Shown here: piece by piece, positions 54,433 through 64,000 of the stretch
How the letters are laid out: each line of letters begins with the position of its first letter
Numbering within the stretch: position 1 is the stretch's first letter
Assembly: GCA_021613535.1 (NCBI GenBank)
Contig: CP075496.1
Span: 2,418,001-2,482,000, forward strand
Direction: 5' to 3'
Length of the DNA stretch: 64,000 bases
DNA from: Adineta vaga
Lineage: Eukaryota > Animalia > Rotifera
Position numbers and translations under genes: made by a program
Notes under the pieces: model-generated
Told to the model about the DNA's origin: nothing
The model's database searches: none
The model's input: only the letters and a program-made list of their open reading frames with translations

Positions 54433-55218
54433 ATGGTTTTTCCTATTGATTTTTTTCAATCACTTATTCAAAATTGGCACAAATCATTCATTCTTCTGAT
54501 CTGTTTCGTTTTAATTATTGTATGTCTATTTATTGTCTATTCTGCACCTCGATTTGTGATTGGTTTTCTTTCGAAAATATATCCTGATGTTCTATTTTCA
54601 ATTGATTTACCATCTGATTTACGATATGTTGCATTGACAATTGATGATTTTCCAAATGTTCATAATCTTTCAGTAAGCTTTCAAATACTTGAAATTCTCC
54701 GTTTATACAATGCTCAATGTACATTCTTTACAATTGGATCACATATTGAAAAATATGAAAATTCGCCTCAGATACGAGCATTATTTGAACGTCTAATTGC
54801 TGATGGGCATGAAGTTAGTAATCATGGTTGGCATGATGAACAAGCAATTCGTCTATCACCAACCGAACTTGAAAAACAGATAATTAATACACAAAGATTG
54901 ATCAATAATTATACATCATCAAATAATAGATGGTTTCGACCAGGTTCAGGTTTTTTCAATCAAACAATGATTCAACTTTGTCGTAGACTTGATTATCGAT
55001 TAGTCTTAGGTTCAATCTATCCACATGATCCACAAATACCTCGACCACGATTGAATTCATTTTTTATTGAACATAAATTATATCCAGGTGCTATTATTAT
55101 ATTACATGATCGATTTGTTACAATTGAAACATTGAAACGAGTTTTACCCGAGATACAAAAACGAAATTATCATGTTGTAACCTTAACACAATTGATGGCA
55201 TTAAAAACGAATAAGTAG
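54433..55218 (+). CDS. Polysaccharide/chitin deacetylase (CE4, NodB-like) with N-terminal membrane anchor, intronless
   Basis: VALTIDDFP, TFFTIG, GHEVSNHGWHD, WFRPGSG, LGSIYPHDPQI and IIILHD motifs. Confidence 0.92.
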   Translation: MVFPIDFFQSLIQNWHKSFILLICFVLIIVCLFIVYSAPRFVIGFLSKIYPDVLFSIDLPSDLRYVALTIDDFPNVHNLSVSFQILEILRLYNAQCTFFTIGSHIEKYENSPQIRALFERLIADGHEVSNHGWHDEQAIRLSPTELEKQIINTQRLINNYTSSNNRWFRPGSGFFNQTMIQLCRRLDYRLVLGSIYPHDPQIPRPRLNSFFIEHKLYPGAIIILHDRFVTIETLKRVLPEIQKRNYHVVTLTQLMALKTNK

Positions 55219-55521
55219 CACAAATAGTTATTCTGATACTTCATTTCAAATTCCTTATCAATACTTGAATAGTACTAGATTGATCAATTGTCCTTCAAAT
55301 TGCTTCGCTTTTTCTTTGCTCTCGTTTTGAATAAAATCAATTAACTATTGAACTTTGAGCAGGAAGGTTATCATATATAACATTCATATCAAAGAAAGAG
55401 AAAAAGAAACGGAATGTATTTTGACTTTGCACAAGATTAGAAGAACAAAAACTACAAGACAATCGAATACAGTAAATAATAGCTACTAAGACAATAAAAA
55501 AAAAGTCGAAAGAAATTGTGT

Positions 55522-55968
55522 TTATAATTTGACCATTTCAATAGTTGATCCTTTTTGTTTTAAATGAAGACACAGTGCAGCTAATGCACATCCAGTTATT
55601 CCGAAACAAACATCTAATGATATAATCGAACCTTGTTCTTGATCGGTCGTATTTATATTATTAGTAAAATAATATAAATAAATAATCGAAGCTAATTGAA
55701 AGCTAAGGAAAACAACTAGAAATGTAATAAATAATTTCAAACGATGATAATCATGATAGAGAAGAACATAAATTCCAATAATACAAAGGATTGTTGAAAA
55801 TAAACCATAGGATAAACCGAGACCAGTAAACAGATATGATAATGAATAAAAATAACCTATATGAACACCGATGACTGATATACCACTTAAACCCATAAGA
55901 ACTAACATTATTTCTGAGATGAATGATGTTGGAGACATTATTGTTACGACTTTATGATTATCTTCCAT
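55522..55968 (-). CDS. Small four-transmembrane protein (tetraspan-like topology), intronless
   Basis: About 148 aa from MEDNHKVV with four hydrophobic segments and short loops; no CCG motif, so the family is not assignable. Confidence 0.7.
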   Translation of the reverse strand: MEDNHKVVTIMSPTSFISEIMLVLMGLSGISVIGVHIGYFYSLSYLFTGLGLSYGLFSTILCIIGIYVLLYHDYHRLKLFITFLVVFLSFQLASIIYLYYFTNNINTTDQEQGSIISLDVCFGITGCALAALCLHLKQKGSTIEMVKL

Positions 55969-56320
55969 TGTAGTTCTATTTATTAGATTGAATGATGAGT
56001 TAAGTTTAAAAGCTCGATAGGAGTATGTATGACTCTCTATGACAACGGGCAACTACGCAATTGAGTTCAACCGTAGACGAAGAGGAGAAGAGAGTAAAAG
56101 GTAAACTCAGAGAAAAAAAAAGGGAGCGAGTTATAATGCATTATACGAGTGAACTCGACTTATGTATAGTAGGAAAGAAAGAAAGAATAACATATGACAG
56201 AATGTTAACAAATTCTAGAGAGATTGTTATACATATGAAATAAAAATCAACGAGATTCATCATGTTTTTTATTTATTAAAAAGTTCTAAAGAACTAATAA
56301 GCTTTATTGAGTTTATATGA

Positions 56321-56923
56321 TTATTGTTGAAGTTTATCAAGATATTCATTCCATTGTTCAATTGTCCAACTCGAACTTATTTCCGAATCTTCTAAACCAT
56401 CAACAAAAACAGTTGGTGAAACATGAACAGCATGTTTTCTTGCATATTTAACATGATATTTAACATCCACTGTAAAACCATTGCCAGCATTAGCTTCTGT
56501 TCGTTTAATACGAAATTGATTAATATCAAGTTTAATTTGTGTTTCTTCATTCAATATCGATAAGATCTTTTGATAAATTTCAACTTGAGATTTATCTTCG
56601 ATATGTTCATCGAATAATTCACGTTGTCGTTTAAATAAACTTGTTATCGCATCAAAAAGTCGACTTGGTTGTTCACGAGCAACAGCCATAATCACCGTAT
56701 GGACAAGTGTTGATTGTATATGCCATGGTTGAATTTGATGACGAAATATAAATTGTATTTGAGATTTAAATTTCTCGGGAAGATTATTTTCTACTACTAC
56801 TGTTGACCAAAGACGAGCACTAAATGGACAAACTAGATCAAGAAATAATTCGATTGTATGACGAATTTGTTCATTTGATGATTTATTTAATGCATATGCA
56901 GCATATTTTGGTAAAAGCGACAT
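56321..56923 (-). CDS. Thioredoxin-fold (DsbA-like) protein with DxxC-PF active site, intronless
   Basis: ELFLDLVCPFSARL, IFRHQIQPWH..STLVH, GN.FTVDVKY..KYAR..VHVSPTVFVDG, ISSSWT.EQW. Confidence 0.88.
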   Translation of the reverse strand: MSLLPKYAAYALNKSSNEQIRHTIELFLDLVCPFSARLWSTVVVENNLPEKFKSQIQFIFRHQIQPWHIQSTLVHTVIMAVAREQPSRLFDAITSLFKRQRELFDEHIEDKSQVEIYQKILSILNEETQIKLDINQFRIKRTEANAGNGFTVDVKYHVKYARKHAVHVSPTVFVDGLEDSEISSSWTIEQWNEYLDKLQQ

Positions 56924-57075
56924 TGTATATTCTATAACTGATTACACGACACGAAAAGAACGTGTTTTTAATCCTTGTTTTCTATTCGGGTATATCGCAC
57001 ATAAACAAAATGTATGTGTCATACTACGTATAATAATAGTCAACCAACCGTTTGTTTTTCTTCCTTATTTCTTGA

Positions 57076-58496
57076 GAGGGTAATTTCATGGAAACTCAAC
57101 TACTTTTTTCGAAAGAAATTTTCTTTCAATTTTTTCTCTATCATAAAGTGGCTATACTTTAAAAAGTATTTTCGATGAAAAACAAATGTGTGTATGTATG
57201 ACCCTCATACATATAAACATCGAGTTCTAGACCGTTTTCTCAAGACATGTCAGGATGTTCGGATTGAAAAATAGATTTTTCACTAGTAGTCTTTCATTTA
57301 TTTGTCTTCGTCACAAATGAATACCGAAATGAAAGTCATGCATTGAATGTCTTTTCGAGTCTGAAAGACTTTTTTAATCACAATTCAGTATATTATGTTA
57401 CTTTATTATTTAAGTCCAAAAACAATTGTATTCAAATAGTCAAAAATACTCATTTCTGTAATTTTAAGTCGAAAAATAAAATCATTGATGAATTTAAAAT
57501 ACTTTGGTTTTTCGGTTGACGAGCTCAGAATATGAACAGTATCATCTTCTGTTGAAGAAAGTTCTGCTATTCGTTCTTTACTTAAAGGCTGTTGTGTAAT
57601 AGAAATACCGCGCCAATACCATCTGCAGCTCCTTTCCCATGTCATGTTGCTGTGAATGTCCAGCTTGCATCAAATCCAAAATCTGCCTTGTAATAAAATT
57701 AGATCCGAAATATTGGAATTCTTCTTCATTTGACTGCTAGCACCATCACTAGAAATATGAATAGAACTGACGTACACGTAAGCATCCATGCAGATCTATT
57801 TACCTATAGTTGAAAATAGTTGGTAGTGTAATACTCGATAGGTTGATTTCAACTATTCAGGTATTCAGTTATTCATTCGCGGCAACCTCTATATTCTATA
57901 GTATTTGTTCATACCCTTTGTGAAACAGCACAAGTACTAGTAGTGGGGCCACAAAGTGTGACTGATGAAAGAAATAAGTGAATTGCAACACTATAGGTGT
58001 GTACGTATCTATTCAAATGAAGGAAAATGATGTAAACGAAGAATGATCAGAAGAAGAAGAAGAAGAAGTAGACTGAAGATAAACGATAATGATTTAATCA
58101 ATCAGAGAAAAGAAGCGCCACATCCTCATTCATACTCGATCTCTCAGACCCATTGTTTATTTTAGTTGAACCAGAATTCGATGTTTGCATCTAGAATTCA
58201 GTCGGAGATCGTCGAGAGATATCAAAAGAAGAATTAGTTCCGCTGGAATGCATTTGCTGAAAGTATAGTAACTTATTTCATGAAGACTTGATTTAGAAGG
58301 AAAGAGAGTAATAATGTCTACAATGTATATGTTATATCCCACGGAAATGTCCTAGAACTCGATATTCCTATGCAAAAAAGATTGCATTTTTTTCACCAAA
58401 AATAGTTTTTAGAGCATACCGACGTTTTAATGGAAAATAATTTTAAAAAAAACTCTTTCCAGAAATGCGGTTGGATATCCACATGGACTTATCCAA
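57076..58496 (-). mobile_element. Decayed Sola2-like DNA transposon with degenerate ~160 bp terminal inverted repeats
   Basis: Minus-strand relic at ~57600-57790 reads SDGASSQMK, then after a frameshift KADFGFDASWTFTAT*HGKGAADGIGAV. The left end 57076-57240 (starts GAGGG) aligns by eye with the reverse complement of ~58340-58496, including a perfect 12-mer at 57219-57230 / 58352-58363. Confidence 0.8.
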
Positions 58497-58498
58497 AA

Positions 58499-59759
58499 TC
58501 ACATGGATCCAGCAGGACGATTTCCTGTTGGTATTTCTTCTCGTAAATATCTTACAGTAAATAAAATAACTTTTACACAAAAGAAAATTAAACAAAGGAT
58601 AATAATTATCACAATTAATATTTGATTAAAAGATTTTTCTTTCAATAATCTCCAATGTTTTATTAGAATGCCTGTAAAAGCAATAAACCAAACCAACCAG
58701 GGAGACCATGTATAAGCCATTTGTGAAGGATAGATAAAATTTTCCAGGATCCAGTAAACACAAATACCAACTGTTAGAAAAGCTAAAGATATTGTTGTTG
58801 CCCAACCTTCAGCATGTAAGTCTAATTTTTTCTTTAACCATATTGTAAAATTGAGTGACGAAGCAACAAGTAACCAAGCTGAATAAACTGCATGACCATT
58901 TAAAACAATAAAACGCATTATCCAAATATCATTTGTTCTATAAAGTATGTCAATACAATGAATATCGAAAAGAAAGAATATGAATCTTGAAAGTTTATAC
59001 TTATTCAATTGAATAAAATCCCATCGTGTATGCCAAAGAAGAATATGATCGAATACTGTTGCACCAACTATTGTTGCTAACATAAGATAAATTACAATAG
59101 TTGATAACTAAAACGTTTTCAAAAAGAATTCTATCATACAAGTAGACAAATGTATAACTTACTCCAAATTTTAATCGATCCCATAGAAATAACCAAAATG
59201 CATTGAGAAGCATATTCGCAGTAAAAAGAATGAAAATAGCCACATGCAATGTATAGGGATGAATGTAAAAATAACCAACATCCGTCGTTCGCCAGATATT
59301 AACAATGGAATAGATGAGAAAAGCTAACTAATGAAGAAGATATTTGTAAATATCAATTATTTTACATATGTAAAATCTTACTTGCCAGGAATAGATCAAT
59401 CCCCATAATGAAAATGTAGGTCCTGCGGGTGTAAATTCTGTAGGATTTTCATCACTTACTTTTGCAGTTGATTTATTAAAAATTTCTTTCAAAACAATCA
59501 AATATTACTTTAGGCAGCAATCAAATTTGATTTTAACTTACTATTCGGTCCACTCGAAGCAAGTCCATTGATACAACAAGTAAAAATGAAAGATAATAAG
59601 GCAATAAAAATAGATGCAATGACACCACCTTCATGTGAACTTCCTGGTGCTGTGTCATTACCAAATGAACTTTTAACTTAAATAAAAAGAATATATTGGA
59701 ATGAAATTGAACATTTTTATTCAAGAATAGTTCGAAATCTTACTGAAGAAGTTACTCAT
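58499..59759 (-). CDS. Uncharacterised multi-pass membrane protein (TspO / tryptophan-rich sensory protein-like), about 6 exons
   Basis: Spliced frame MSNFFIKSSFGND...INGLAS..VSDENPTEFTPAGPTFSLWGLIYSWQ...LNAFWLFLWDR...LNGHAVYSAWLLVASSLN. The ORF-track translation at 59533-59724 is the wrong frame. Confidence 0.82.
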
Positions 59760-60354
59760 AAATGAAATATTTGTTTTCGTACAATTCAGTCTGTACGTCA
59801 ATGATGAAGACGGTGAAATGACAAAAAAATATTCGTCATAATTATATAACAGGTAGAAGAGTACTTTTGTTCTCCATGCGACAACGTAATAAAGTCAATT
59901 TTATGACAGCTAGAAGAAAAAAAGAACGAGTTTTATTATGATGTGTGTACAAAAAACGTGATTATAGAAACGTCAAATATAACTCAAATTGAATATTATT
60001 TCATATTTACTATAAATAGATCAGATTTGTACAGTTTTAGATTGTAATTCATTCGTTTCTAGTCAAAATTCAAGATTATATAAAAGTTACTGTAGATGTC
60101 GTGAGTTACAGTAACTTTCATCTATCTTTTCACATTGGTGAAACTATTTTACCTATAGTAGACGATGAAAATTTGTAAATGTAGAGTGGAGGTTCTTTCT
60201 TTCTGTTGATTATTTTTTTTTGTTGCTTATTATTGGATTGTATGGATTTCTTTCATCTTCTTTTACCCATCCTAATTTTGATTCTGATCAACGGAAATTA
60301 TTTGATTGTATTCTTTCAGATTAATATCATTATCTCGTCAGTACCGTTGCTAGA

Positions 60355-61067
60355 ATGACAAATCCAAAAGGTTATCGTCGTGGTACACGTCATTTATTCG
60401 CTCGAGATTTCAAGAAAAATGGACGAATTCCTTTGGCTACCTATATGAAAATCTATAAACGTGGTGACATTGTCGATATTAAAGTTTGTTTTATCATATT
60501 TAAATAGGAAGAATCATTAATCTATTTATTCAGGGCAATGGTGCTGTACAAAAAGGTATGCCACATCGATATTATCATGGTAAAACAGGCCGTGTTTTTA
60601 ATGTAACTCGACATGCTGTTGGTATCATTGTTAATAAACGTGTTCGGTATGAATTTTGAATGACAATTCAATAGAAATGATGTTATTGTGTTTTAGTCAT
60701 CGTATCATTGCTAAACGTATCAATGTTCGCATTGAACATAGTTAGTTGAATATTTTATATCGTTGTCAACAATCTCTTTATCTGTGTTTTGTTTTTCTAT
60801 AGTTAAACATTCAAAATGTCGTTCTGACTTTCTTAATCGTGTTAAACTCAGTGAAAAATTGAAACGAGAAGCGAAAGAAACAGGCAAACCAGTACCACTT
60901 TCAAGCATTAAACGACAGGTAAATTCTTTATTTTATCAAAGATACTCATACTGATTGCAATGTATTTGTTTCTTTAGCCTCAAGGCCCACGAAAACAACA
61001 TTTGGTCCGCACCGGTGGCAATAAACCACAAATTGTCGAACCAATTCCTTATCAATTCGTGGCTTAA
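60355..61067 (+). CDS. RPL21: 60S ribosomal protein L21, 5 exons
   Basis: [81 protein letters not shown]. Confidence 0.98.
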
Positions 61068-61231
61068 AAGAAAGAATAGTTTTGTTCTTGTTGTTGTTGT
61101 TTTTGATCACGCAGATCATAAGCGTGAAGAAGAAAAAGAAAGAAATATCTATTTAAATAAAAACAAAACATCAATTATATCTGATATCTAACTAAAAATT
61201 TAAAATACATCTTTCTCTTTTCATTCTTCAG

Positions 61232-61610
61232 ATGGCTGATAATATCGGTCGTAGAAAAGAAAATATTGTTGATTTAAATAAATATTTAGATAAACGAATT
61301 CGAGTCAAATTCAATGGTGGTCGAGAATGTAGTGGAATGTTGAAAGGTAACATTTTTCAAAGAAGAAAAAAGAAATTCTGTATTCATTCATTCATTCATT
61401 CATTCATTTATTTGTTTAGGTTATGATCAATTATTAAACTTAGTACTCGATCAAACAATTGAATATTTACGTGATCCTGATGATGAATATAAAATTAGTG
61501 AAGATACACGACAATTAGGATTGGTTATATGTCGAGGTACATCGGTCGTTCTTATATGTCCATTAGATGGAATGGAAGAAATTCCCAATCCATTCGTTCA
61601 ACATGAGTGA
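61232..61610 (+). CDS. LSM7: U6 snRNA-associated Sm-like protein LSm7, 2 exons
   Basis: KENIVDLNKYLDKRIRVKFNGGRECSGMLKGYDQLLNLVLD..EYLRDPDD..TRQLGLVICRGTSVVLICPLDGMEEIPNPF. Confidence 0.97.
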
Positions 61611-64000
61611 TGCAATCAACAGACGTTTTTTAAAGTCGGATATGACATTTCTCTATTTTCCTTTTTCTTTTTGTAAACAATAAAACGAAATGCACGGTGA
61701 TATCAATACAATTCATCATGAGTGTACTTCTCAACAAATACAAATCAATAAATTATAATCTAGACATTCAACATGAATGTTTACGATTTGACGTAAGAAT
61801 ATCGATCTTCGTTCAATGATGATGATGATGATGAGAAGCAACTTTGAAGTTTTATGATTGATCATTATTGATGAAATGTACTATAGAAATGAACACGATT
61901 AATTTTTCTCTTTCAGTATGAGTATAAATCAACAATAGATAAGAATTTATGCGTGCGACTTTTACAAAAATATGAAAAAGAAAACGTAATTTCTGCTAGA
62001 TTATTTGGATCAATGAAATCATATAGTTACATGCAAACATTAACATACGGAAAGATTGAACTTAAAATATATTTATCAGGCAATATCATTCCGTAACAAT
62101 CTAGTCAACCCTTTAATTTTCAAATCTAAATTACCATACAAAAAACGTTGTTCTTATGAAAAATTTAATTAGCGATCGTGGTTGCTTTGTTTTAGTATTA
62201 ATCATCTCTCATTTAGCACACTAATTTACATGAACGTAAAAGAAGAACTAATGTGTATTCATGTGTATCTTAATAAGTGTATTCAGGCATGTATAGGTGC
62301 CATTTTTTATTAGAGTAACACATTCTTTCTATTGATTAAAAATTAAAAATGCCAGTTTTGTGAGTAGGAAGAAAGTTCTGGAATTAAAAATATGAAGTAA
62401 CCTTGTAGATACGAAGAGTTAGAAACACTCATATCGAAAGATTTTCAAAGAGCCAATTACGGCGAAAAATTTCATAGAATTATTAATTATTTCATCTCGT
62501 TTTATTCACCTATAAATATTTATTTCTCTTGTAAATTCCTCGTTTCTTTTCTAAGATCATCGTTATTATGTCAAAACAATATTAAAAAAAGATAATTATT
62601 CTAGGTATTATATTATTGACACATTTAGCTTCGGTGAATTTTTTTACATGTAGCTTGAAGATGAGAATAAACTCCTGTTAATTGAAAAGAAAAGGTCATA
62701 TATGTCAAGTGTTCGGATGTAAGAATAGACAGGAAATTGAATGACAGCATATTAAGTTCTATAGATGTTATGACATAGTTATGCATTTTTGAGCGATATC
62801 GAACTTGTTTTCAAGAAGAAAGCCATAGATTGTGGGATATGTGACAAATGTAATAGATTTTACAGAAAGGTCATCGAATTTGACAATAATGGATGACCAC
62901 TTGGCAGATGTTATTCTTTCTCACAATCGATTGATACGACGAAAAGCGAATCTTTTCTTTTCTCGATCAGGAGTACTTATTGTGATTAGTTATTCGAAGA
63001 ATGGATATTTCAATATGCAAATAAATGATAAAAACGTTAATTTCAGTAAGTAAAGATAAAAAACTTGAAAAAAGTTTTGAACTCGCTTGAGAAAAACTCA
63101 TTCTCTTTTTTTATTATATAAATTGAAAGGGACATTTTTCCTCTATTAACTAAATATAAGTATATATAAATACCCGTGGGGAGTTTCGTCTCTCACTTAT
63201 TGGCAATATAACATGAGTTATACTCAAATGAAAAACCTATGAACTACTAGTTCTGAGAAAATAAAACAAAAGTAAGTCGTTCTTTTTTCTTCTGGATTAT
63301 ACTTTCCTAACAATCAGATTAGTCAAAATCTGTTTTTAAATAAAAAGAAAACATTCTGAGACTTTTATTTACTACTCTAATACTCATTAGTTGACCAAAC
63401 GATCTGTCAGTAATACAAACATGATATTCTTAACAAGCAATATGGGAAATATCACTGAGTATTATAGCATACATGATTTCCTTCACAAATTGACGTGAAA
63501 AAGCATCTTTTCTCATCAGAATAGTTCGATTGAGAAAAATCCTTTGTTACCTCCCGTAGTTTTGCCTTTTATATATCGGTTTAATGTAAAAATAACTTAA
63601 TATTTAGACATGTCTAGTGCAGGAGTATCTTCCTATTTATTTCCCTAAACGAATATTTATAGTTGACCTGCACTCAATTATGACATCTTCAAAGAAAGAA
63701 TTTCATCAATTGAAACATGATACTTTATCAGCATGAATTCATTCACAGTAGCCAAGAAGAATAACACCCTCATCTTCATTGACTTAGCAACAAATTAGAT
63801 GTCAAGTTTTGGATTTATAATCGAATATCAACTAGCAATTTTCTTGACAGATTCTAAACGTTCTCCATAACCTTGAAGAATATGTGTCTCTGTCTAGCTA
63901 ATTTTTATATGAGTAGATAAATAATCACACAATAGTTAACTTCATTTCATATTTAGATTTCAAATTATTTCTAGTAAGTATCTTTGTTACTTTAAAGATA

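Noticed and set aside
59533-59724. ORF-track protein MNKNVQ...MTQHQEVH
   Set aside because: Wrong frame; the true exon is read in another frame (..GVIASIFIALLSFIFTCCINGLAS..) after a 16 nt first coding exon.
62700-63053. Possible decayed coding relic (..AIDCGICDKCNRFY..)
   Set aside because: Interrupted in the suggestive frame and no family recognisable.
1-64000. tRNA, rRNA, SL RNA, CRISPR arrays or prokaryotic operons / contamination
   Set aside because: None recognised by eye (a covariance-model search was not possible). Spliceosomal introns and uniformly AT-rich composition indicate one eukaryotic chromosome segment.

Overview
Very AT-rich, gene-dense eukaryotic DNA with many short (~50-70 nt) GT-AG introns, metazoan housekeeping genes and several intronless genes that look bacterial or fungal. 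By inference this best fits a bdelloid rotifer (Adineta/Rotaria-like); the taxon is not provable from the window. About 24 protein-coding genes were reconstructed by hand across introns: COMM-domain protein, DNAJB12, PEA3-type ETS factor, PRKCSH, REXO4, DEG/ENaC channel, eIF3d, PHKG, a novel-looking neuropeptide precursor, two orphan coiled-coil genes, one orphan low-complexity gene, calmodulin-like protein, Ldh_2 dehydrogenase, M1 aminopeptidase, AMPK-gamma, NPF/NPY, OTU protease, nadC, SHPRH, CE4 deacetylase, a 4-TM protein, a thioredoxin-fold protein, a TspO-like membrane protein, RPL21 and LSM7. There is also an ADP/ATP translocase pseudogene and a decayed Sola2-like DNA transposon. Best leads: (1) three alternative first exons of AMPK-gamma that each encode an LxxIxE (PP2A-B56 docking) motif, plus a cryptic polybasic/CaaX-like terminal exon; (2) an in-frame alternative terminal exon hidden in a PRKCSH intron that would give a membrane-anchored glucosidase II beta isoform; (3) operon-like runs of co-directional genes 100-280 nt apart with unpaired splice acceptors just before the ATG, consistent with SL trans-splicing, one of which includes a foreign-looking gene; (4) a cluster of horizontally acquired-looking genes; (5) two neuropeptide precursors that both end in a poly-Arg tail. 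All family calls come from motif recognition, not database searches, and exon boundaries were read by eye.
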